From contig OY761159.2 of NCBI GenBank assembly GCA_963664395.2, positions 1,696,001-1,760,000 of the forward strand: a stretch of 64,000 nt of DNA, read 5' to 3'. A model generated the notes under the pieces. The model searched no databases and was not told the DNA's origin. It saw nothing but the letters and a program-made list of their open reading frames with translations. Below are positions 53,599 to 61,965 of the stretch, piece by piece. The position numbers were made by a program, and so were the translations under genes. The stretch is from Candidatus Binatia bacterium (GTDB lineage Bacteria; Desulfobacterota; Binatia; Bin18). Position 1 is the first letter of the stretch; every line of letters starts with the position of its first letter.

Positions 53599-54558
53599 AT
53601 GGCGGAACAGCGGATATTTACTGAACGCGACGACCGCTTTCACTCTGACGAGATGGTCGGGGACTGGTGGTCAACGGAGACGGCCTGGTTTTCATTCGCT
53701 CACCCGGAACGGCGCCTGGGCGGTTGGTTGTATACGCTGGCGCGGCCCAATATCGGCACGGTCGCGGGCGGGGCCTGGGTCTGGGACGCTTCGGCCCACC
53801 TGCCCTGGGAAGCCCTGTATTCGGCAAACTACACCGCCCTGGAACTCCCACGCGATCAGGACTTGAACGACATTACGTTACCGACCGGTGTTTCGATTCG
53901 GGTGATCGAACCGTGTATGTCCTACGCACTGGGCTATAACGATGCGCCACGTTTGCAGGCAGCGCTGCGTTTTGAGGGCGTGATGCCGCCCGAGCCGCTG
54001 ACCAGCACGGGTTCGACTTTTGGGCGTTCGCATCATTTCGATCAGATCGGACGGGTGAGCGGAGAAATCATTCTGCACGGAGAAACGATCCCTATTGACT
54101 GTCTGGCCGTGCGCGACCGCACCTGGGGACGGCGGCGCGAGGACCGCCCGCGTCAGGCGGCCTATGTCACCGGTGTGGCCACGGCCCGGCACGGCTTTCT
54201 CGCCGTCACCAACGTGGAGGCAGACCGGAATCCCGTCGCGTATGGCTTTCTCCACCGCGATGGACGGACGCGACCTCTGACGCAGGGCGAGCGCCGGGTT
54301 GAGCGGGATACAGCAAACGGCTGGATCACCCGCGTCGAGATTCAGGCGCGCGATACCGAAGGCCGGGCGCTCCATGCTATCGGTGAGCCGTTGAGTCGGA
54401 TTGTGATTAATCGGCACACGTTTATCGATATCAACAGCCTGATTCGCTGGGAGATCAATGGAGAAGGCGGCCACGGGGAGGACCAGGACATGTGGCCCGT
54501 TCACCGCTGGTCCCGTATGCGGCGTAACGCCCGGACAGCAGACAGAGGGAACATCTGA
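53599..54558 (+). CDS. Conserved hypothetical beta-rich protein (tocopherol-cyclase/AttH-like fold suspected)
   Basis: ETAWFSF, HFDQIGRVSG...AVRDRTWG motifs; coupled to the next two genes. Confidence 0.65.
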   Translation: MAEQRIFTERDDRFHSDEMVGDWWSTETAWFSFAHPERRLGGWLYTLARPNIGTVAGGAWVWDASAHLPWEALYSANYTALELPRDQDLNDITLPTGVSIRVIEPCMSYALGYNDAPRLQAALRFEGVMPPEPLTSTGSTFGRSHHFDQIGRVSGEIILHGETIPIDCLAVRDRTWGRRREDRPRQAAYVTGVATARHGFLAVTNVEADRNPVAYGFLHRDGRTRPLTQGERRVERDTANGWITRVEIQARDTEGRALHAIGEPLSRIVINRHTFIDINSLIRWEINGEGGHGEDQDMWPVHRWSRMRRNARTADRGNI

Positions 54559-54995
54559 TGGCGGACTATGTGCAACTGGCGCCGGACGCGCTCCTGGAAC
54601 GCATCGCCCGCACGCTCAAAAAAGAGATCGGCCCGGCGGTTGAAGCCGTCTCCCCCAAGACGCAGGCGTTCATGGCGTCGGTGGTGTTGCAAAAACTCGC
54701 CGGTCAACTACGGCTGGCTGACGAACACGCCGCGGCCGGCCGACGCGATTTGCAGGAACTCGCGACAGAGCTGGCCGGAGAACTCGATACAGCCTCAGTG
54801 GACACGCCGCCTTCCCTTCGGGCCGCCGTGCATACTGTGCGCCAAGACCTCGATACGGCGAGTGTGTCCCGTCTGATTGAAACCCTATATGCAACCCGGT
54901 CCGAGCTGGGTGAGGAACGCTTTGAGAGCCTCATCGGTCGCGTTCGCACCCGGCTGCGCGCCCGCATTGACCGCGAGATGGTGTACGCCGCATGA
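54558..54995 (+). CDS. Small helical hypothetical protein
   Basis: Overlapping start/stop codons with both neighbours. Confidence 0.65.
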   Translation: MADYVQLAPDALLERIARTLKKEIGPAVEAVSPKTQAFMASVVLQKLAGQLRLADEHAAAGRRDLQELATELAGELDTASVDTPPSLRAAVHTVRQDLDTASVSRLIETLYATRSELGEERFESLIGRVRTRLRARIDREMVYAA

Positions 54996-56038
54996 CACAG
55001 CAGGCTCCTGACGATCAGGCTATGGCGGAACGCATCCGCCGGTATATTGAGACACAGCTACCGGACGCCTCGGACCTGCGCCTCGAAGCAATGGAGCGCA
55101 TTGCCGTGGGCTGGTCGCATGAAACCTGGCTCTTTGACGCGCATTGGACGGAGGGTGGCGTTTCAAAAACGCAGGGCCTGTGCCTGCGGCGCGATCCCGG
55201 TAATGCGTTGTTGCGCCACTTCTCTGACCTCGGGGTGCAGTTTCAGGTTCTCCGCAGTTTAACGTCCACGCCCCTCCCCACCCCCAAGCCGTACTGGTAC
55301 GAGAGCGATACCAGCATTCTCGGCAAACCCTTCCTGGTGATGGAAAAAGTGGCCGGGACCTGTCCCAGCCCGTGGGGTTCGGCCGGTCGGCGCTTTTACG
55401 CCGAGGCGGCCGCGCGCGGTACGCTGCCGAAGAGTTTTACCGCCGCACTGGCCAGCCTGCATACGATTGATTGGGAAGCGGCCGGTCTGTCGTTCCTGGG
55501 CGTGCCCGAGTCAGGCAACGACTTTGCGCTGCGTGAAGTCCGGAAATGGTGCGAGCTGGTAGAAATCTCTCAGCAGGAACCGCATCCCATCCTCGTAGAC
55601 CTCATCGGCTGGCTCAAGGCCAACGCCCCGGAGACTCAGCGCCTGACCCTGGTCCACGGCGCTTATCGGACCGGCAACCTGTTAATCGACAACGATCAAA
55701 TATCGGCGGTGCTCGACTGGGAGCTGCAAGTCATCGGAGACCCGATGTACGACGTGGCCTATGTCCTGACCGACCTCAACCGTGAGGGCAGCGCGTTATT
55801 GTCTCACCTCGTTGAGCGGGATGCTTTTTTCCGGGAGTATGAGCAAGCCACCGGAATCGAGATCGACGAAGCGGTCTGCCAGTACTACGGCATGCTGTAT
55901 CAGTTGCGCTCAGCCGCTTTCTGGATGAGTGCGGCGGGTTTATACGCTTCGGGCCAGAGTGACGACATTCGCCTGGCTCGCACGGCCTGGTCCGTCCCCT
56001 TTGTCCTGGAGGGTGCCGCGCGGGCGTTGGGCTATTAG
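54992..56038 (+). CDS. APH/choline-kinase-like phosphotransferase (ACAD10/11 N-terminal type)
   Basis: GWSHET, LRRDP, LVHGAYRTGN and VLDWEL...GDP motifs. Confidence 0.85.
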   Translation: MTQQAPDDQAMAERIRRYIETQLPDASDLRLEAMERIAVGWSHETWLFDAHWTEGGVSKTQGLCLRRDPGNALLRHFSDLGVQFQVLRSLTSTPLPTPKPYWYESDTSILGKPFLVMEKVAGTCPSPWGSAGRRFYAEAAARGTLPKSFTAALASLHTIDWEAAGLSFLGVPESGNDFALREVRKWCELVEISQQEPHPILVDLIGWLKANAPETQRLTLVHGAYRTGNLLIDNDQISAVLDWELQVIGDPMYDVAYVLTDLNREGSALLSHLVERDAFFREYEQATGIEIDEAVCQYYGMLYQLRSAAFWMSAAGLYASGQSDDIRLARTAWSVPFVLEGAARALGY

Positions 56039-56040
56039 GC

Positions 56041-56063
56041 GGGGCGGATGTGAAACCCGCCCC
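56041..56063. repeat. REP-like hairpin between convergent genes
   Basis: GGGGCGG-ATGTGAAAC-CCGCCCC. Confidence 0.5.
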
Positions 56064-56069
56064 CACCGC

Positions 56070-56642
56070 TTAATGGCCAATGGGACAGAAAGACACCTCA
56101 CCGACCTGCGTGCGGGTGTCATCATCCACGTCCGTCCGAAATGTCGCGTGTACCCGGTTCACGAATGCGGCCAGGGCCACAGTCATGCACAATTCCAGCA
56201 GTTCCTCACGCGGGAAGCGCGCCTCAAGCTCTGCGTACAGGCCGTCGTCCACCCGATTCTCCCGAGTCAACACTTCCGCGTAACGCAGCACCAGGCGGTC
56301 CGTGGCGTCAAACAGCGGTGTGGTTTCCCAGTCCGCCATGGCCGCCATCTCCGCATCCGTCAGTCCGACGCTCCGACCGAGCATCACATGCGTCGGCACT
56401 CAATAGTGACAGGAATTGAGCTGCGAAGCGCGCAGGTAGGCGAGCTCGCGGTAGCGCGGCGCGAGCTGCGGATCATGATACAGCGCAGTGCCAATAGCGG
56501 TCAGCCCGGACAGAAAATCGGCATGGTTCCCAAACAGCTTCATCACATTCAGCACCGGCAGGTTGGGTCCGGCGAAACGCTCATACAGGGCGCGGACTTC
56601 CGGCGAAGCGTGTTCGGGCTCAACAAGGGGAATACGTGACAT
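56070..56642 (-). CDS. AhpD/carboxymuconolactone decarboxylase-like selenoprotein (190 aa, CxxU, Sec81)
   Basis: Two ORF-track ORFs are in frame and separated only by TGA at 56402-56400: RELAYLRASQLNSC-H-Y-U-VPTH; the joined product is one CMD/AhpD domain; hairpin follows the UGA. Confidence 0.82.
56365..56396 (-). promoter_or_regulatory. Candidate bacterial SECIS element
   Basis: UGA-GUG-CCGAC...GCUC[GGUCG]GAGC-GUCGG; the G-led apical loop starts 21 nt after the UGA. Confidence 0.65.
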
Positions 56643-56693
56643 ACGACCTCCGGGAAAACGGGGGGTTTTCATCTTCTGCACTCGGCCCGCTGG

Positions 56694-56996
56694 TCAGACC
56701 GGCAATTTGGTCAGAATCTGAAGCGTCTCGTCCTCAACGATTTCTTCGATGACCGGCACCCACTTCTGCCATTCCGGGTCGTGGGCGGCTTTGTCCAGGG
56801 TGGACTGAACCGCGTTCGCATCCGGCAGCTCCCAGACATCGACCACGCTGTTCATCCGACCAATCGAATTGAAATAGCTGCCCAGCAGTTTCCAGCCACC
56901 CAGCCGGCCCAGCACGGGTGTTACGCCTTGCAGCAATTCGGTAAATTGACCGACGCTGCCCGATTTCAGCTTCACGCTCGCAAACAAATAGACCAT
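56694..56996 (-). CDS. NIPSNAP/Dabb family protein
   Basis: 100 aa; GWKLLGSY...IGRMNSVVDVWE. Confidence 0.72.
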   Translation of the reverse strand: MVYLFASVKLKSGSVGQFTELLQGVTPVLGRLGGWKLLGSYFNSIGRMNSVVDVWELPDANAVQSTLDKAAHDPEWQKWVPVIEEIVEDETLQILTKLPV

Positions 56997-57187
56997 ACGC
57001 TGCCTTCCTCTATAAATTGAATGGAATTGAATGCCGGGAGCGTAACCAGCAGAGAGCCCTTGGTCAAGCCGCACTCCTGAACCCTCAGTCCCCCTCGACT
57101 ATTTTCCCCCTCTTGAGACGTGTGATGCAAATACCGTGTGGCGTCGCACGTCGAAAACGAGATCGGGAGGGGTTGGAGCCAGCGGAA

Positions 57188-57277
57188 TCCACCCCGGCCC
57201 TGCGGGCCACCCCTCCCAAGAGGGGAGTTTTTCCTATCCCCTCCCTGGAGGGGTGCCGCGTAGCGGCGGGGTGGGTT
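57188..57277. repeat. Inverted doublet of CCCCTCCC...GGGGTGGG REP-like elements
   Basis: CCACCCCGGCCCTGCGGGCCACCCCTCCCAAGAGGGGA (57189-57226) and ATCCCCTCCCTGGAGGGGTGCCGCGTAGCGGCGGGGTGGGTT (57236-57277). Confidence 0.85.
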
Positions 57278-57283
57278 GCCCCC

Positions 57284-59653
57284 TCACTCCACCCCCGTAA
57301 TGACAAAGTTCTGCTGCTCCTGCCGCCACTCGACCATCACCGACTGCCCCGTGGAGGGAAAATCTGCCAACTCGAACTCGCCGCTCAATCCCCGTGCAAA
57401 CTCTTCTCCAAAGGTCGTTACAAACACCGCGCTCCAAGAGAACGGTTCCGTCTCCTCGTCGGCAAAGGCCCGCACCGTGTGCCATCCGTCTCCCAATATG
57501 TTCCAGTTCCACAACAGCCCAAACCCGTTGTCATTGTCACCACAGACGCCCTCGGTGTCGCTCCGTTCGGTGCCCGAGCCCGCTTGGGTTGTGATTACTT
57601 CTCCGGTGGTTCCGTTGGTAAGCTCAATTCTGACCGACTCAGCACGACAGTGCCACCCGGAAACGACCCCAACTCCACTGTGGGCCGAACCCGGCGCAGG
57701 ATTCCCCATGATTCCGACTCTTGTGTCCCGAATCGCTCCGGGGTTTGCCACGTCTGCTCTCTGCGAAGCAATGGAAAAATTCTGGCGGGTCTGACTCCAT
57801 TCCAGGGGTGTACTCTTTCCCGCGGCCGGGAAGTCCTGCACGACATACTCTCCACTGAGCCCTCTGGGGAAATCACCCAACCCCAGCGTGGTCACGCTTA
57901 TGTCGTGTGCACCCAGGAGGTGCCCCTCGGCAAATGCTTTCACCGTGTGAGCGCCGTCTCCCAATATGTTCCAGTTCCACAGCAGGCTGAATCCCGTCTT
58001 GTCGTGCCCGCAGACCCCCACCGTGTCACTCCGGAGGGTTCCCACGGCAGCAGGAGAACGGAAGGTCCTGCCATCGGCAAGCTCAAATTCAATGATCACC
58101 TCTCCAGCATCACACACCCAGCCGGAAACCAATCCGATACCACTCTGGGGGGAATCCGGCCCGGGATTTTCCAGGTAACCCACACTCGGCCCTGTTCGAA
58201 AATTTGCAACGCTTGTCCGGGTGTTGTTGAGCGCCCTTGCCGCATCTGCCGGCCCTGCCCGCCCGGTCGCCGTCGAGGTGCTTGCCACTCCCAGGGGATC
58301 TCCTCCGGGGTCGGGGTAAATCCGGCGTGGGTTGGAAAAAAAATGCACACCCGGGCAATCAGTTCCGGCGGCATCCGCGCACAGTATATTGTACGCCATA
58401 ATCGTTTTCCAGCGTGCAGATTCAGGTGCTCCGGGGACAAGTCCCCTCAGGTTGACATACCCGTAAGCGTAGGGAAATGCGCTGAAACAGGTGGAATCTT
58501 CACATCCACTCTCATAACGGTCATGCCTAAGACCCATGAGGTGACCAATTTCATGGACAAATGTGATTGTATGTGTACCGGAAACAGCAAAAGCGAATCT
58601 GCCAGCATTGGCGGGGTTTTTAAAACTGGCATTTCGGTTTGCGACTCCTCCAATTTTTAATCGCATTAATATCGAGATGTCCGCCCGGGTTTGCTCGCGA
58701 ATGGCATGAATCCCGTCCATATGGCCATCGCTTGAATTATTAAAACGAGTAAGGTCTAAATCGATATCATCCGTCTCCGTATAATTGACCTCTTCTGCTG
58801 CAACCAGCTTGAGAGTTATATTCACCCCGCTGTTTTTATATACCTGGTTGGACTCTGCAATAACGAGATCGACGCCTGCCTTGGTCTGCTTTGTTCCGCT
58901 CGCGGCAGCACGCAATTCGGATGTGTAGAAAACGGCAATGTTTATCACCGAATGAGGTTCCACTGGCAGGGAGCTGTTTAGATCGGATGATGCCTCTGAG
59001 GCCAGTTCTTGCAAGGACGGCAAGAACTCGGCGGTGCGTCTTTCTGAGGGATGGGACTCCTCGTACAGCGGTGAAAATTCAATGCCATCCTCGGGAGTAA
59101 GGGGCGAAGAACACTCAACGCTCTCTTCCACTTCCCTGATGACATATTGTTCCCCATCCCACGATTGGATTTGATAGATTCCATCTGACAGTCGCACTGT
59201 ACCGGACACGGTTTCACCGTTGATGACCAACGCCATCATTCCGAGCGGGTCACCGGCAATCTTTCCCACCACTGCGTATCCGCCGGAGAAGGCCGGGGCG
59301 ATGTGCTCGATAATGCCGGTGACAACTGTGTCGTCAAACAGGTTCAAGCGCAGAGTTGTACCCGGAGCGGGGTTTGCACTCTGGCCTGTAACTGATGGGG
59401 AGGCATCTCCTGCGAGTAGGGCGTTTAAGGAGTCGGCAAGCTCGGTTTGGATATCTCGCAGTTGCCCAAAGTCGATGTCTACGGCCCGGCTGCGTAGCGC
59501 GCGCTCATCGAGTGGGCCGGACGGCGACGGTTCATCAAGTGGCGTAAACAGGTCGGCGGTCTGGCCTGTGACCGGGGGCAGGAGCAGCGCGGCCAGCAAG
59601 ACGGCAGCGCAGGTCCGTCCCAGACGCCGCGGCCCGAACGGGGTAAGAGCCAA
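57284..59653 (-). CDS. Secreted reprolysin-like (M12B) zinc metalloprotease with two C-terminal SG-x-G-x-x-SGW-x-C modules
   Basis: Signal peptide; HEIGHLMGLRH metzincin motif; TIMAY Met-turn; tandem C-terminal modules. Confidence 0.88.
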   Translation of the reverse strand: MALTPFGPRRLGRTCAAVLLAALLLPPVTGQTADLFTPLDEPSPSGPLDERALRSRAVDIDFGQLRDIQTELADSLNALLAGDASPSVTGQSANPAPGTTLRLNLFDDTVVTGIIEHIAPAFSGGYAVVGKIAGDPLGMMALVINGETVSGTVRLSDGIYQIQSWDGEQYVIREVEESVECSSPLTPEDGIEFSPLYEESHPSERRTAEFLPSLQELASEASSDLNSSLPVEPHSVINIAVFYTSELRAAASGTKQTKAGVDLVIAESNQVYKNSGVNITLKLVAAEEVNYTETDDIDLDLTRFNNSSDGHMDGIHAIREQTRADISILMRLKIGGVANRNASFKNPANAGRFAFAVSGTHTITFVHEIGHLMGLRHDRYESGCEDSTCFSAFPYAYGYVNLRGLVPGAPESARWKTIMAYNILCADAAGTDCPGVHFFSNPRRIYPDPGGDPLGVASTSTATGRAGPADAARALNNTRTSVANFRTGPSVGYLENPGPDSPQSGIGLVSGWVCDAGEVIIEFELADGRTFRSPAAVGTLRSDTVGVCGHDKTGFSLLWNWNILGDGAHTVKAFAEGHLLGAHDISVTTLGLGDFPRGLSGEYVVQDFPAAGKSTPLEWSQTRQNFSIASQRADVANPGAIRDTRVGIMGNPAPGSAHSGVGVVSGWHCRAESVRIELTNGTTGEVITTQAGSGTERSDTEGVCGDNDNGFGLLWNWNILGDGWHTVRAFADEETEPFSWSAVFVTTFGEEFARGLSGEFELADFPSTGQSVMVEWRQEQQNFVITGVE

Positions 59654-59807
59654 AGAGTCTTTCAGAGATTATCTCCCGGGGCACCGGCTATCGTGCCAAA
59701 CATTATTGAGAAGGTTTGCGTCGTAGACTTGTTGTTTATTAGCCACGGTACTTTTACAGAGTTCCTGTTCTTATTGTGAACTTCCGGCTTCAGCAGCTAG
59801 CAGTGAT

Positions 59808-60485
59808 CTAGGCTGCCATGAACGCCGGGGGAGCGGCTTCCTCGGTATCAAACAGCGGATCGGCGCCGAGCTTGCGGAGTTCCGGCATGACCTCTTTGGC
59901 GAAGAGACGCATGCTGGCCTGGGCCTCCTCAAAAGGCATGCCGCCAAACTTGAAGGCATTGATACTGGCGCAGCAATGCGGATGGCCGGTAGTGTCTCAG
60001 TTTGAATCCTTTGGCTTTCGCTCTCGTATGGCGGACCTTGACTCCGCCTGCCGCAGTGTTTTGGCCTCACTGATAATTTTAGCCGCGCTGATAAAGGGAT
60101 ACTGTGCATAATTTGCCGCCCTTGTCCCTACCAAAATTAGTAGGAAGTGAAAAAAAATGACGCGGGCGTCGAAAAAGATGGGCAGGCAATCGGCGGCGAG
60201 GAGAAGCAATTTCAAAGTGAGACACTACCGAATGGCCGGATACCACGGCATAACCACCACCATGGAACCCACTTTGATATTTGGGTTGTAGCCGGCCATA
60301 TACGCCAGGAACTGGGTAACGTTGGGATTCATGATGTAGTCGGTGAAGTGGTGCTCAATGCCCCATACCGACTGGAAACCGAGGTCGGCCGCCTCTTTGG
60401 CCAGCGCCATGTCTTCCTGGTAAATCTGGTAATCCGTGACGACTTGATTGGGATTCTGGAATATCGCGGTATGTCCTATGTGCAT
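59808..60485 (-). pseudogene. LLM oxidoreductase split and partly deleted by a miniature IS
   Basis: N-terminal MHIGHTAIFQ...GIEHHF (60485-60231) and C-terminal FKFGGMPFEEAQASMRLFAKEVMP (~59965-59808) flank the element; the middle of the gene is missing. Confidence 0.8.
59987..60230. mobile_element. 244-bp MITE / internally deleted IS
   Basis: 20-bp TIRs CGGTAGTGTCTCAGTTTGAA and TTCAAAGTGAGACACTACCG (1 mismatch). Confidence 0.82.
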
Positions 60486-60531
60486 ACAGGTTCCTCCTTT
60501 GGGAATAATGTTGTGTGCCCGTGTGGGGCCA

Positions 60532-60945
60532 TCAGTCGAGATGCAGAGTCGGGCCGCCGTTCTCGAACCACAGCCGGTTGTCGAAATAATCTCGCCAGTC
60601 GCAGATCTTGCCGGCGGTATTGACATCGAACATGCCGATGCAGGGCAGCTTGAGTCCCCAGCCCTTGCCGTCGAAGTCCCAGCAGTCGAGCCGTTCGGTG
60701 ACAACCGTATTGCCGTGCCCAAAGCAGTTGCGCAGCTCCCAGTGCACCCGCTGCGAGAGCTGCAGGATGCCTGCGACAATCTTGCGCACATCCTGCTGGC
60801 CGACCACCGGTTCGAGCGGCTGGTTGATATAGACAATATCGTCTGACAGACAGGCCATGGCCACGTCCGGGTCAACCGCCCGCCAGGCGTCGATGAACAA
60901 GCGCACCTTGAGGACGTTGCGCTCAACAATTTCATCCTGAGTCAT
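60532..60945 (-). CDS. Limonene-1,2-epoxide hydrolase family (SnoaL/NTF2-like)
   Basis: VYINQP, VVTERLD and KICDWRDYFD motifs. Confidence 0.88.
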   Translation of the reverse strand: MTQDEIVERNVLKVRLFIDAWRAVDPDVAMACLSDDIVYINQPLEPVVGQQDVRKIVAGILQLSQRVHWELRNCFGHGNTVVTERLDCWDFDGKGWGLKLPCIGMFDVNTAGKICDWRDYFDNRLWFENGGPTLHLD

Positions 60946-61153
60946 AGGACCTCCGTTATGGTTTTTGTGACTAGGGTAGCCAGAGCAACTAGCTCTCTTC
61001 TTGGCAATTCGGACTATCTAGCGCCAAGCGAGCGAATGGTCAATTACGTATGCGCCCAGAACCGGAACCGGCCTGACGCTTGTCAATGCACGACGCTGGG
61101 TGTAGGTCATACGGAGCGACAGCCCTGAAAAAGTTCTTGTGAGGAGCAGGCTT

Positions 61154-61840
61154 ATGTTCTTCATGTGGTTTAGCGAACGTGCCTATCACTATACGCCCGA
61201 AGAAGACCCGGAACGCTACCGCGAGCTTGAAACCGAGATTGTCCGAGAGCGCAGTTTCTGGGGCACCCCGAATACCTTCCTCGACCGCGCCCACTGCGCA
61301 AAGCTGTTGAATCAATACATCGACGAAAGAGTGTACACCGACTCTGAACTGCTGAATTTTGACGGCGTGATGCTCAACGAGCACCACGCCACCCCGATGT
61401 GCCTCGGCTCGGTGATGGATGTCGAAGCGGCCGTACTGGCGCGGGCTACCCAGCGAGTGAAGATCGTCCTGCTCGGCAATCCGGTCGCAACCACGGCCAA
61501 TCCGCTCCGCCTGTCCGAAGAGCTGGCCATGATCGACCTGATCTCGGGCGGACGGCTCGTGCCGGGCTGGGTGCGCGGCGCCGGCAGCGAGCAACTGTCG
61601 AACAACACCAACCCGGCTCTCAACCGTGAGCTGTTTGAAGAAGGTATTGATGTCGTCATCCAGGCCTGGACCAAACCCGGTCCCTTTCGCTACGAGGGCA
61701 AGCACTTCCACTATCGCCACGTGAACCCCTGGGTCCTGCCGCTGCAGGAGCCCCACCCGCCCTTCTGGATTCCCGGTCTGAAGCCGCTCAACGGCAGCGC
61801 TCCCGAACCCGTCTCGGACCGCGCCGCGCTCGCCCTGTAG
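61154..61840 (+). pseudogene. LLM flavin-dependent oxidoreductase, C-terminally truncated
   Basis: LNEHH, EELAMIDLISGGRL and PLQEPHPPFWIPG, then unrelated sequence and a stop inside a CTGTAGGA/TCCTACAG hairpin. Confidence 0.78.
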
Positions 61841-61880
61841 GAACGCTCCTACAGCGGGAACAGTGCGGGCTCGGCATTTT

Positions 61881-61922
61881 CTCCCCTCTCGGGAGGGGTG
61901 GCCCGAAGGGCCGGGGTGGGTT
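61881..61922. repeat. CCCCTCTC...GGGGTGGG REP-like element
   Basis: CTCCCCTCTCGGGAGGGGTGGCCCGAAGGGCCGGGGTGGGTT; same family as 42621, 45077 and 57236. Confidence 0.82.
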
Positions 61923-61965
61923 GTCCCTCTTCCCGCTCTTTCTCTATCCGCTGCCGTACCCCCGC

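Noticed and set aside
57017-58660. 547-aa plus-strand ORF (also 35182-36492, 31497-32411, 62353-63420 and similar)
   Set aside because: Antisense shadows of well-supported genes in GC-rich DNA, with no recognisable motifs.
59680-59700. Sigma54 promoter upstream of the protease
   Set aside because: TGGCACG is present but the -12 TTGC element is absent.
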